Positions 36,379 to 49,497 of a stretch of DNA of 64,000 nt are shown here, piece after piece. Source of the DNA: Octopus vulgaris. Lineage: Eukaryota. The notes beneath the pieces are model-generated. The model searched no databases and was not told the DNA's origin. It saw nothing but the letters and a program-made list of their open reading frames with translations. The DNA is taken from assembly GCA_951406725.2 (NCBI GenBank), contig OX597833.1, forward strand, positions 41,912,001 to 41,976,000. Direction: 5' to 3'. The position numbers and the translations under genes are program-made. Numbering within the stretch: the first letter of the stretch is position 1; each line of letters starts with the position of its first letter.

Positions 36379-37047
36379 TAATTACTAAATGATAATTAAC
36401 CCATTCAAAGTCCATAATTCAACTATGAATATTATTTATAAATTTTTACATTTTTTTAGCTCCAAGGAATTCCTCAAGTACATGTCTGCTGTTATATGCT
36501 AATTTTAAGAGTATACTTGGAGAATACTATAAACATGAAGTATATAACAAAAGAAACACAAAAAGACTGTATGATATTTATATTGAATTTAAAATCTTTG
36601 TCCCCGAAAATGAGATATTGGCTGTTAATAATTTAAGACCAGCTCTTATATAAGAAAGGGAAATAGTCTTAAGAATTAAGACCTCTCCAAAGTTGATAAG
36701 GAAAAGAACAGGATTACAATCAGGAGGAATATGGACAGATGTGGACATGTGCATTCAATATATCTTTTTGTGGTATATATATATATATAGTCATTACAGA
36801 TATAGGGTGAAATATAATTAATTTAATAAAATCAACAAATTCCACCTAGTAGTATTTCGGTATGGAAAAGGACCATATTTGGTAAAAATGTGTGATTTCA
36901 TTATTTTTCTTCTTTTTTGCCATATGTGAGTTACAAATATCGTTGTCTGTGGAGACTTATTTTTGTAGTAAAAGGAAATAGTAGTCTTTTGGCTGCTATT
37001 TCTAAAATTTTTGGTATGTGCTTAAGCAACTTGTTGCAAAAAACCCT

Positions 37048-37090
<43 letters not shown>

Positions 37091-37762
37091 CATATAAACA
37101 AACACACATTTACACACACACACACACATTTATATATATATATATATATACACATACATACAAACATACAAGTATATAATATGTCACTTTTTACCTGTTT
37201 TTCAAGCTGTATCTTTCAATATATCTTGTAACTCAGACCATATCTGATTGTCTTGATACATACAGAATTGTAAACGCATACACTTCTCCCTCTCTCTTTC
37301 TCTCCCACACTCAACACACATACATTTGTCTTTGTTATTTCAATTGAATTTTTATCAGATAAAAGTGTGTGTGTATATATACATATATATATTTACATAA
37401 ATACATACATACATACATACATACATACATCGGATGAGTACTTTAATATGAAACCCTGGAGTGTAAAACCAAATAACTGTCTAGTCATCGTCAATTTACT
37501 ATAATAGTAATTAACTATGATTGGTTAGTTAAACTGATAAAGCACAAAAATCTACAAACAGCAAAGAAATAGACAAAAATATAAATGAAAAAACAACTAA
37601 TGCAGGTCTTTAGGTGTATAAGGTAATAAAAAAAGTGCAAAGTCATTGTGAAAAGAACATGCTGGAAATTCTGTAATGGTTTTTATAGTTCAGTGAATTC
37701 CAGAAAATAAGGTGAGAACCACCAGAAAGGTCCTGATAAGGGACTTTAGACTAACGGCAGCA

Positions 37763-38019
37763 GTGTGTGTGTATGTGTGTGTGTTTATGTGAGGGTGTGT
37801 GTATGGCTTTTGACATCAGATTTTTACAATTGTTAAGGACATTAAAATTTAAGGAGACAGTTACTTGAAGGTGTGTGTGTGTGTGTGTGTGTGTTTATGT
37901 GAGGGTGTGTGTGTGTTTATGTGTGTGTGTTGTGTGTTTATGTGTGTGTGTGAGTGGCTTTTACCATCAGATTTTAACAATTGTTAAGGACATTAAGATT
38001 TAAGGAGACAGTTACTTGA

Positions 38020-38069
<50 letters not shown>

Positions 38070-38322
38070 ATGTGTGTGTGTTTATGTGAGGGTGTGTGTA
38101 TGGCTTTTGACATCAGATTTTTACAATTGTTAAGGACATTAAGATTTAAGGAGCCAGCTACTTGAAGGTGTGTGTGTGGAGTGTGTGTGTGTGTGTTTAT
38201 GTGAGGGTGTGTGTGTGTTTATGTGTGTGTGTTGTGTGTTTATGTGTGTGTGTGTGATGGCTTTTACCATCAGATTTTAACAATTGTTAAGGACATTAAG
38301 ATTTAAGGAGACAGTTACTTGA

Positions 38323-38382
<60 letters not shown>

Positions 38383-39068
38383 ATGGCTTTTGACATCAGA
38401 TTTTTACAATTGTTAAGGACATTAAGATTTAAGGAGACAGTTATTTGAAGGTGTGTGTGTGTGTGTGTGTGTTTATGTGTGTGTGTGTACATGGCTTTTG
38501 ACATCAGATTTTAACAATTGTTAAGGACATTAAGATTTAAGGAGCCAGCTACTTGAAGGTGTGTGTATGTGGAGTGTTTGTGTGTGTGTGTTTATGTGAG
38601 GGTGTGTGTGTGTTTATGTGTGTGTGAGTGTGTGTTTATGTGTGTGTGAGTGGCTTTTACAATCAGATTTTAACAATTGTTAAGGACATTAAGATTTAAG
38701 GAGACAGTTATTTGATGGTGTGTGTGTGTGTGTGTGTGTGTTTATGTGTGTGTGTGTGTACATGGCTTTTGACATCAGATTTTAACAATTGTTAAGGACA
38801 TTAAGATTTAAGGAGACAGTTACTTGAAGGTGTGTGTGTGTGTGTGGAGTGTGTGTGTGTGGAGTGTGTGTGTGTGTGAGTGGCTTTTGACATCAGATTT
38901 TTACAATTGTTAAGGACATTAAGATTTAAGGAGACAGTTACTTGAAGGTGTGTGTGTGTGTGTGTAGTGTGGGTGTGTATGTGTTTATGTGTGTGTGTGT
39001 GCATGGCTTTTACCATCAGATTTTAACGATTGTTAAGGACATTAAGATTTAAGGAGACAGTTACTTGA

Positions 39069-39116
<48 letters not shown>

Positions 39117-39703
39117 ATGGCTTTTGACATCAGATTTTTACAATTGTTAAGGACATTAAGATTTAAGGAAACAGTTACTTGAAGGTGTGTGTGTGTGTGT
39201 GTAGTGTGTGTGTGTGTGTGTTTATGTGTGTGTGTGTGCATGGCTTTTACCATCAGATTTTAACGATTGTTAAGGACATTAAGATTTAAGGAGCCAGTTA
39301 TTTGACGGTGTGTGTATGTATGTGTGGAGTGTGTGTGTTTATGTGTGTGTGTGTACATGGCTTTTGACATCAGATTTTAACAATTGTTAAGGACATTAAG
39401 ATTTAAGGAGCCAGTTATTTGAAGGTGTGTGTGTGTATGTGTGGAGTGTTTGTGTGTGTGTTTATGTGTGTGTGTGTACATGGCTTTTGACATCAGATTT
39501 TAACAATTGTTAAGGACATTAAGATTTAAGGAGCCAGCTACTTGAAGGTGTGTGTGTGTGTGGAGTGTGTGTGTGTGTTTATGTGAGGGTGTGTGTGTGT
39601 TTATGTGTGTGTGAGTGTGTGTTTATGTGTGTGTGAGTGGCTTTTACAATCAGATTTTAACAATTGTTAAGGACATTAAGATTTAAGGAGACAGTTATTT
39701 GAT

Positions 39704-39736
<33 letters not shown>

Positions 39737-40985
39737 ATGTGTGTGTGTGTACATGGCTTTTGACATCAGATTTTAACAATTGTTAAGGACATTAAGATTT
39801 AAGGAGACAGTTACTTGAAGGTGTGTGTGTGTGTGTGTGGAGTGTGTGTGTGTGTGAGTGGCTTTTGACATCAGATTTTTACAATTGTTAAGGACATTAA
39901 GATTTAAGGAGCCAGTTACTTGAAGGTGTGTGTGTGTGTGTGTAGTGTGGGTGTGTGTGTGTTTATGTGTGTGTGTGTGCATGGCTTTTACCATCAGATT
40001 TTAACGATTGTTAAGGACATTAAGATTTAAGGAGACAGTTACTTGAAGGTGTGTGTGTGTGTGTGTGGTGTGTGTGTGTGTGTGTGTGTGTGTGGAGTGT
40101 GTGTGTGTGTGTGCATGGCTTTTGACATCAGATTTTTACAATTGTTAAGGACATTAAGATTTAAGGAGCCAGCTACTTGAAGGTGTGTGTGTGTGGTGTG
40201 TATGTGTGTGTGTTTATGTGTGTGTGTGTGAGTGGCTTTTACCATCAGATTTTAACAATTGTTAAGGACATTAAGATTTAAGGAGCCAGTTATTTGAAGG
40301 TGTGTGTATGTATGTGTGGAGTGTTTGTGTGTGTGTTTATGTGTGTGTGTGTACATGGCTTTTGGTATCAGATTTTAACAATTGTTAAGGACATTAAGAT
40401 TTAAGGAGCCAGTTATTTGACGGTGTGTGTATGTATGTGTGGAGTGTGTGTGTTTATGTGTGTGTGTGTACATGGCTTTTGACATCAGATTTTAACAATT
40501 GTCAAGGACATTAAGATTTAAGGAGCCAGTTATTTGAAGGTGTGTGTATGTATGTGTGTGTGGAGTGTATGTGTGTGTGTTTATGTGTGTGTGCGTACAT
40601 GGCTTTTGACATCAGATTTTAACAATTGTTAAGGACATTAAGATTTAAGGAGCCAGTTATTTGAAGGAATGTGTATGTATGTGTGGAGTGTATGTGTGTG
40701 TGTGTACATGGTTTTGACATCAGATTTTAACAATTGTTAAGGACATTAAGATTTAAGGAGCCAGTTATTTGAAGGTGTGTGTGTGTGTGTGTGTGTGTAT
40801 GTGGAGTGAGTGTGTGTGAGTGTTTACGTGTGTGTGTGTATGTGGAGTGAGTGTGTGTGTGTGTTTATGTGAGGGTGTGTACATGGCTTTTGACATCAGA
40901 TTTTAACAATTGTTAAGGACAATAAGATTTAAGGAGACAGTTATTTGAAGGTGTGTGTGTGTATGTGTGGAGTGTGTGTGCATGG
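37763..40985. repeat. Compound satellite: 25 copies of a 68-bp constant module separated by variable (GT)-rich spacers
   Basis: Module TGGCTTTTGACATCAGATTTTAACAATTGTTAAGGACATTAAGATTTAAGGAGACAGTTACTTGAAGG counted 25 times by eye. Spacers are ~40-105 bp. Confidence 0.97.
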
Positions 40986-41359
40986 GCGTTTGCGCATTTG
41001 GGTGTTTGGGGCATTTGCACTTTATATTACGGATACATTAAGGTGTCTGTAGAATAGTCAGCGATGTATGTGCTAATTCAGTGAGCAGGTAATTTGTAGT
41101 TCTGTTGACTGAATATCTGATCCTCCTCCTCCTCATCATCACTATCACCATTATTGCTACCATCACCACCACCATTATCATCACTGCCACCCACCACCAT
41201 CATCACCACTATGATTATTATTTATTGTCTATATTCCATATTCTACTGGACAGTTTGACAAGATATGAGAGGTCAGAGGACTGTGTTCAGCTCCAATATG
41301 TGTTTAGACATGGTTTCTACATGATACCCTTCCTAATGCCACCCACTCTACAATACTGT

Positions 41360-41765
41360 TTTACTTGTTTCAGTCAGTTGACTGCGGCCATGCTGGAGCA
41401 CCACCTTTAGTCAAGCAACTTGACCCCAGGACTTATTCTTTGTAAGCCCAGTACTTATTATTTTATCAGTCTCTTTTGCCGAACCGCTAAGTGACGGGGA
41501 CATAAACACACCAGCATCGGTTGTCAAGCAATGCTAGGGGGACAAACACAGACACACAAACATACACGCACACACGCATATATATATATATACATATATA
41601 CGACGGGCTTCTTTCAGTTTCCGTCTACCAAATCCACTCACAAGGCTTTGGTCGGCCCGAGGCTATAGTAGAAGACACTTGCCCAAGGTGCCCCGCAGTG
41701 GGACTGAACCCGGAACCATGTGGTTGGTAAGCAAGCTACTTACCACACAGCCACTCCTGCGCCTA
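41360..41765 (-). mobile_element. SINE family B, young full-length copy
   Basis: Near-consensus; CpGs retained. Confidence 0.92.
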
Positions 41766-41969
41766 TCTATGTACAATATGTACATTGGTGCTTTCTCTGT
41801 GTCAGTGGTACTCGTGAGATTACCAAGTAGCTTGCAAAGCAAGACCCTTGATTACCAAAGGGCCATTTACATGTGAATGCTTGACTCAGTGTGCATGTAG
41901 TTGGTACTTTGTAAGAGAGGCATCAGCATATTTAGCCAGTGTGTGTGCATACATATGCATTTCTTTTAC

Positions 41970-42326
41970 ATCCGAACGTGGCCATAGCCAGCGCCGCCCT
42001 GACTGGCCTCTGTGCCGATGGCACGTAAAAAGCACCATCCATTTCGTGGCTGTTGCCAGCTTCGTCTGGTCTCCGTGCCGGTGGCACGTAAAAAGCACCA
42101 TCCGATCGTGGCCGTTTGCCAGCCTCATCTGGCACCTGTGCCGGTGGTACGTAAAAAGCACCCACTACACTCATGGAGTGGTTGGCGTTAGGAAGGTCAT
42201 CCAGCTGTAGAAACACTGCCAGATCAGACTGGGCCTGGTGCAGCCTTCTGGCTTCCCAGACCTCAGTTAAACCGTCCAACCCATGCTAGCAAGGAAAGCG
42301 GACGTTAAACGATGATGATGATGATG
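41970..42326 (+). mobile_element. RTE 3' UTR copy with internal tandem modules
   Basis: Three GGTGGCACGTAAAAAGCACC-type modules and a (GAT)n tail. Confidence 0.85.
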
Positions 42327-42710
42327 TTTCAGTCATGAAGCTGTGGCCATGCTGGGGCATCACCTTGACGAAGTTGAGCCGAATGAATCAATCCCAGGAC
42401 TTATTTTTTTGTAAGCCTGCTACCTATTCTGTCAGCCTCTCTTGCTGAACTTCTAAGTTACAGGGACATAAACACACCAACACCAGTTGTCAAACGAGGT
42501 GGGGCATGGTGGTGGGGAAAAGACAAACACAGGCACAAGCACACATCTATGATGGGCTTCTTTCAGTTTCCATCTACTAAATCCACTCACAAGAGTGGTT
42601 AGCCCGAGGCTATAGTGGTAGACACTTGCTCAAGGTGCCATGCAGTGGTACTGAATCTGGAACCATGTGGTTGGGAAGCAAACTCCTTAACACACAGTCA
42701 TGCCTGCACC
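42327..42710 (-). mobile_element. SINE family B, older copy
   Basis: Family B motifs on the reverse strand. Confidence 0.8.
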
Positions 42711-43376
42711 TGTGTATGCACATGTATGTATATATGTATGTAGGTGGCACTTGTCGTCAGTAATCACTCAGAGTAAAACATGGAAAAAATAAGTGAAACA
42801 CAGGCGCACGACTGAGGTGGAGGCAGAATTACTTCTACCTTTATTGCACATAAAGAAAATGTTGTTGTAGGAATGTACACAGCATGTGTACTACAGCAGT
42901 ACTATATATAATTTTAATACTGAAATTAAAAGGCAAGGGCGATTTATGCCAACCTAATCTACAAAAAAATAAAATATTTTGCATTTTATGCATAGTAATC
43001 AGAGTAACCTTCATAATTTTATTGAATTAGGGGCATATTTTGCCATAAAAGGAAAACGTTACTATTGATCTATTTTATTCAGGGTAGGCACTGCCTACCT
43101 TGCCTACCAAGGTGGCATGACTCTGGTATGTATGTAACAGGTTTATCATATCTGCTTTATTATAATTCCATTCACATCTTTATAGATGTTTTATAGGAAC
43201 ATCCATACTGACTCAAGTACTTCACTATCACTTAAATGGGCCCAATATTTAATTAATACTTTATCTTATCGACCATTAAATGGACCACAATACTTGATTG
43301 GTACTTTATTTTATCGGACCCTTAAAAAAGACCTCAAATAATAATAATAATAATGATGATGATGATGATAATAATA

Positions 43377-44900
43377 ATCCTTTCTATTACAGGCACTAGG
43401 GTTGAAATTTTGGGAGATGGGGACAGTTGATTACATCGGCCCCAATGGCTCAACTGATACTTATTTTATCAAAGCTGAAAGGATGAAAGGCAAAGTCGAC
43501 CCTGGTGGCATTTGAACTCAGAACGTGAAGATGGATGAAATGCTGCTGATTATTTCGCTTGGCATGCTAACGATTCTGCCAGCTCACTGCCTTAATAATA
43601 ATAATAATAATTAGTTTCTAACATAGACACAAAGGCAGATTTCTGGGGATAGGTGTTAAATTAACTCCAGTATTTGACTGATACTTTATTGATCTTAGAA
43701 CAAAAGACTAAGTTAAACTCAGTGGAATTTGAACTCAAAACATGAGAGAATGACTAAATATCATAAAGCATTTTGTCTGAAGCTCTAATGGTTCTGCCAA
43801 TGTACTAATCTAATAATGATTTCAAATTCTGGCACAAGGTTAGGATGTTCATGGGTGGGGGTCAATTATATTGACCCCAGTGCTCAACCAGTATACATTT
43901 TATCAATCCTAAAAGGTCGAAAGACGAAGTTGACCTCGGCAGAATTTGAACTCAGAACATAAAGACAGACAAAATGCCACAAAGCATTTTAATTGGCGTG
44001 TTAACAATTCTGCCAGCTTGCTGCCTTACTAGCCTAATAATGGTTTCAAATTTTGGCACAAAGCCAGCAATTTCCAGGGGTGGTGGGTAAGTCAATTACA
44101 TTGACCCCAGAACTCAACTGGTATTTATTTCATTGACCCCGAAAGGATAAAAGGTAAAGTCGACCTTGGTGGAATTTGAACTCAGAATGTAAAGATGAAT
44201 GAAATACCACTAAGCATTTTGTCCAATGTGTTAACAATTCTGTCAGCTTGCTGCATTACTAGTCTAATAATAATAATAATAATAATTTCTAACATAAGCA
44301 CAAGGTCAAAAATTCATGAAGAATTTAAATTAGTCATTTAAATCAATCTGGTATTTGATAGATACTTTAGTTTATTGGATGAATTGTAAAGTTGACGGCA
44401 ACAAGATTTGAACTCAGAACGCAAAGACTTGTAACTAAATAGCATAAACAGAATCATTAGAGCATCATCTGATGCTTGAATGATTCTGCCAATTTACCAT
44501 GTACCTAAGATAGGGGATAGAGGTACTGTGTAATGTAATGGGTGACTCATCACTAGACAAGCAATAAGGTGAACTTAGCTGGTGCGCTTTATTCCCCTTT
44601 TTCTGGCTTAGTCTCATATTAATGCCTATAAATGTCTGAAGATCAGTCCTAGATTAGTTCCTATAATGTCCAAAGATCTATTTCATACTGGCTTCAAATT
44701 TTGGCACAAGGCCAGCTATTTTGGGGGAGGGCTAAGTCGATTACAATGACCCCAATTTTCAACTGGTACTAATTTTATTGACCCTGGAAGAATGAAAGGC
44801 ACCTTCGACCTTGGTGGTATTTGAGCTCAGAACATAAAAACTGAAATGCCACTAAGCATTTTGCCCAGTGCACTAACAATTCTCCCAGCTCACTGCCTTA
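43377..44900 (-). mobile_element. Head-to-tail cluster of ~6 SINE family A copies
   Basis: Repeated ATTTGAACTCA(G/A)AA motifs at ~43510, 43730, 43945, 44175, 44405 and 44820, with (AAT)n linkers. Confidence 0.85.
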
Positions 44901-44951
44901 ACAAAGGTGTATTACATATTAGTGCCTATAATGTCTCAAGATTAAGCTTAC

Positions 44952-45025
44952 TGGAAACAAAAGAAATGTTGACTCAGATTTCATAGTCATGATTTTGAAT
45001 CTTGCTAGAGTCAAGTGGAAGTAGC
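44952..45025 (-). other. Candidate 74-nt exon of the minus-strand transcript
   Basis: ttttcacaactcctttctgatcag| acceptor and CCA|GTAAGC donor. Contains MTMKSESTFLLFP, ending in phase 0. Confidence 0.35.
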
Positions 45026-45194
45026 CTGATCAGAAAGGAGTTGTGAAAATATCAGTTTCTTTTGTCAAGCTGCTAAGTTATAGGGATGTAAACAAGCCAA
45101 CATTGGTTATCAAGCAAAGTTGGCTTATTTCACACACACACAGACTATGGGTTTCCTTCAGTTTCTGTCAACCAAATCCACAGATCCAACAACT

Positions 45195-45470
45195 TTGCTC
45201 CACCACCACTAGGTCTGGATGGGACTTTGCGCCAGCTGCAGATTTGGCCTGTGGCACCCAGTAGGCTGTCCTGCAGGAATTCCCAGTTGTTCTCTATGTC
45301 ACAAGTCTGTAGCTCCTCCTCCCTCTCATCAAATTTTTCAATTAGGAGGTCCCCTATATCTCTGACCATATGAACAGTTTTTAAACTTCCAAATCCTTAT
45401 TTTCCAGATTGGTCTGCTTCTTGGCATCCTTCTGACCTGGAGTCTAAAATCACTAATGACTAGTCTAGCA
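45195..45470 (-). mobile_element. RTE LINE ORF2 internal fragment (endonuclease-RT linker)
   Basis: RLVISDF...IWKIRIWK...IENNWEFLQDSLLGATGQICSW, the RTE pattern preceding the WWN motif. Confidence 0.65.
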
Positions 45471-46593
45471 CATCTCTGCTCAGAAAAATAACGAATCATT
45501 AATTTTACAAATTCATAGGTATACTACCAATGTTTTTGTTTTAAGGCTTAAACAAACTTTTTTTTCTTTTAATTTGGGGTTTAGAGAACTCAGCAGAAAT
45601 TTGAAAATGAGTAAAATTTCCTCAGTGGGTGAGAGGTTAACCTACTCTTTAAATGACTATACTAACTGTTAGAAATAACATCCAAATTTTCACTAAGTCA
45701 CAACCAAACAAACTAACAGAAAGAACACACAGAAATAATGCAGTTCTAGAAACACTATGGTTGGGGAAAAAAAGAGTGTTACTGTTTGAACACTATGTAC
45801 CAAAAGTTTGATGGGAACTAATCTGAGACTAAACCATAAGTAACTGATTTTTATAAGTAGGGTAAAAGGCAATAAAGTTAACTGAATCTACTTCAGTGGA
45901 ATACTAGTAACTGACAAATTAATGAATGAAATTCTACATGGTGGCCTGACCTGCTAGATACAGCAGTTAAATCTTTTTCACATTGCACCATACCATCTTT
46001 AAAAAAATAGAATAGTAACAGCCAGAGCACCTTTAATTATATGTCTGTTTGATCTGGGTTATTTGGGGTTAAACAACTGATTTTTGTTTATTTACCTAGA
46101 AGGTATTTGAACACAAAACACTAAAAAATAAAATAAAAACTTCCGAAGCATCTAGTAGGTTTCTGACAGCCTTGGCTATATTACACTGGACAACAAAGAT
46201 TTTGCTACTGGGGTAAAAGCATATGTTTTAGACTAAATAGAGGATGCTGAATCCGCACTCAGAATTGTTCTAGCACATCAGGATTTTGAGTTATGCGCAT
46301 GTGCAAGATTATAACTATACTTTTAGCTAGATATAGGCCATATTATAAAAATTGCTAAAATGAAAGCAGTCTTAATTCAAAATTTAAAAAATAACAGCAA
46401 TAAAAGAAACGATGAGAAAGTTCATTATTTAGTTTCGCAACAGATGGTGCTGATGTATTGCATGCATGTGCCAAATATGTCAGTTTGTTCTTGGTAACTC
46501 TCAGTGTCGTTTGCACTGCTGTCATATGTAGTGTGTGTGTGTATCTCTCGTTCTGCGTGATTACTGTTTTAACTATGTTCTTTGTGTTAGATC

Positions 46594-48268
46594 ATGAATA
46601 GGAGAAGCTGTGCGAATCACCCAGACAACTTTTGTTATGTCTGTGTAAAATTTGCTCTGCATAACCAGTGGAAGAACATTGCCACCAAATTAAAAACTGC
46701 CTATAAATATTATTTCGAGTGTAAAGTTGGGGACAAAGACAAGAGGTGGACACCTCATATATGCTGCACCATGTGTTACTCAGGGCTTACGCAGTGGCTG
46801 AATCGAAAACGGAAGGGAATGCCTTTTGCTGTACCAATGGTATGGCATGAGCCAACTAATCATGTCTCTGATTGTTACTTTTGCATGACTAATATTAGTG
46901 GCTTCTCAAAGAAAACCAAAGCAAAAATTGTGTATGCAGATTGTAAATCGTCTCTAAAACTGGTAACACATAACTTCAAGGACCCTGTCCCAGTTCCCCT
47001 CTCACACAATTCACTTGAAGACCTTGACACATTGCACGATGAACCTCCCCAATTCTCCCCTCGATGAAGAGTATGTAGTTGATTCTAAGAAAAATGAATC
47101 ACACTTGTTTAATCAAGAAAATTTGAATGATATAGTAAGAGACCTAGCATTATCAAAGGAGAAGGCAAGAAGTTTTGGAATCCAGACTACAGCAATGGAA
47201 TCTCCTACAGAAAGGAACAAAAATTTCCATTTTCCATTCTCGCTATGAAGGCTTATCTGTCTTTTTCAAGCAAGAAAATAATGCTTGTTTCTGTACTGAA
47301 TGCTTGTTTCTGTACCCACGCAAAAACTAGGACACGTGCATATGGCTAATGAATGGAAATTGTAGATTTGAGTAAGGTTAGCCTCACAGCTGTGTTACAT
47401 TATGGTAATGCAAAACCTTCCATTCCTGTGGGTCATGTTGTCAGTATGGAAGAATCAATTATGAATCAATGTAACTCATTCTGATAGGAGTTAATTACTC
47501 AATTCATAAGTGGAATATTTGTGGTGATTTAAAGATGATTTTCCTCCTCTTAGGACTACAGCTGGGATATACCAAAAATATGTGCTTCTTGTGTGTTTGG
47601 AACAGTGCAATGGGCAGCAATCATTATGCTGTAAAAGACTGGCCTAAAAGAGATGACCGTATAGTTGGTTGATACAATGTGTAGTATATGCCACTGGTAG
47701 ACCCACAAAAGATCTTCCTTCTACCCCTTCACATCAAATTCAGCCTCATGAAAACCTTCATAAAAGCAATGACACATGATGGTTGTGGCTTCCAGTACCT
47801 AAAAGTAAAATTTGGCACAGAAAAAAGTGACACAAAACTGAAAGCAGCATTTTCATTGGACCTGAGATCAGAGAATTGATATCTGATTGCAAATTCAGAG
47901 GTAAACTGAATCTAGTTGAGCTGACGGCATGGGATTCATTTGTGTTAGTTGTACAGAACTTTCCTGGAAATCATAGAGCTGAAAACTATGCTGATTTGAT
48001 AAACGACATGCCAACAGCATATGAAGGAATGGGATGCTGAATGTCCCTTAAAATGCAGTTCTTGCATTCTCATCTCAATTTTTTCCCAACGAATCTTGGT
48101 GCTGTTAGTGATGATTATGGTGAGCAGTTCCACCAGGACATATCTGAGATGGAAACGAGGTATCAAGGTTGCTTCAATCCACATATGATGGATGACTACT
48201 GCTGGTTCCTACAATGAGAGACCAGCACAATGCATAAGTACAAGAGTAAATGTCTCAAACATTTCTGA
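46594..48268 (+). pseudogene. Chapaev3 transposase pseudogene (frameshifts and stops)
   Basis: CANHPDNFCYVC, GDKDKRWTPHICC, PMVWHEPTNHVSDCYFC, LNDIVRDLALSKEKA, WNICGDLK..LLLGLQLGYTK..CFLC.W, LLPLHIKFSLMK, MSLKMQFLHSHLNFFP.NLGAVSDDYGEQFHQDI..ME.RYQG..MMDDYCW. Confidence 0.9.
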
Positions 48269-48340
48269 GCTGAGCATATAAAAAATAAAGTGAGTATTCC
48301 CTCAACATAAATATACTATGTACCATTATATAATAATACT

Positions 48341-48706
48341 GCGTGGCACCTTGGGCAAGTGTCTTCTACTATAGCCTCAGGCCGACCAAAGCCTTGTGAG
48401 TGGATTTGGTAAACGGAAACTGAAAGAAGCACGTCGTATATATGTATATATATATATGTGTATGTATATGTGTGTGTATGTTTGTGTGTCTGTGTTTGTC
48501 CGACCAACATCGCTTGACAACTGATGCTAAGGTGTTTACGTCCCCGTCACTTAGCGGTTCGGTAAAAGTGACCGATAGAATAAGTACTAGGCTTACAAAG
48601 AATAAGTCCTGGGGTCGAGTTGATCGACTAAAAGTGATGCTCCAGCATGGCCGCAGTCAACTGACTGAAACAAGTAAAAGAGTAAAAAGAGAGAGAGAGT
48701 AAAGAG
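48341..48706 (+). mobile_element. 5'-truncated SINE family B nested in the Chapaev3 element
   Basis: TSD TAATACT at 48334-48340 and 48707-48713. Confidence 0.9.
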
Positions 48707-49497
48707 TAATACTATTTGCTTTGAACATAAATATACTATATACAATACTAATATACTAATATAATAATTATTTACTTTGAACTTAACTATTCTTCATACT
48801 AATATAGCATTAATATATAATTATGTGCATAACTCAAAATCCTGACGTGCTACAGCAATTCTGGGTTCAGATTTGGAACCAGCATACTCGATTTAGTTTA
48901 GTACGGCACCATTTGTCTGGATAGCAGACAATAATTTTTTTTCATTTTTTTTTTGCCTAGTGTTATCTTTAAAAAGAGAAATGGTTATGGTAGTGGGATT
49001 GTAAAATAAATTATGAATAGAAAGCGAGTATTAAAAGAAAGAAGCCCCGAGAGATGTAGATTAGCCTCAGAAGAGAAACTGGAATAAGGGAAGAAAAGTT
49101 GAAGGAGTGGGAATGCGAAACTAAGTTTCGGTTTTTTATTAAGAAAGGAAAAATAGTTAAATTGTAACTACTTTGGAATTTTGGAATAGAAAGAAGTTCC
49201 ATCCCTTATAGGGAAGGAAAAAATAGATTTTTTGTTTCTTCCCTAAAGATTTCGATTTTTTTACATTTCTGCCTCTTCGACTTTCGTTCTCTTTTCCTTT
49301 CCTACTTCGAGATCCATCTATTCTAAAATTACACGCTTTCATTCAATGTTGCAATTTAAATTGTTTGATTCTGATTTGAGACGAAAAGTTTTCGTCATGA
49401 AATATATATAAAAAAAAATAAATAACTGTCTAAGATCGACGACTATCGTGAGACAAAGACGAGACAACATAGAATAAATTCAGAAAAGAACACCTAC

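Larger units (their letters stand above)
46184..48962 (+). mobile_element. Complete Chapaev3-type (CMC superfamily) DNA transposon
   Basis: TTA|CACTGGACAA ... TTGCCTAGTG|TTA (3-bp TWA TSD, CAC termini). Subterminal inverted block ...CAGAATTG..TAGCAC.TCAGGATTTTGAGTTATGC. Internal transposase. Confidence 0.88.

Noticed and set aside
38277-40245. Repeated His/Thr-rich ORFs (LQVTVSLNLNVLNNC...HTHT)
   Set aside because: These are translations of the satellite. Most units carry an in-frame TAA and spacer lengths are not constrained to multiples of three.
37763-40985. CRISPR array interpretation of the repeat-spacer array
   Set aside because: The spacers are low-complexity (GT)n variants that are duplicated within the array, the 68-bp repeat is too long, there are no cas genes and the context is eukaryotic.
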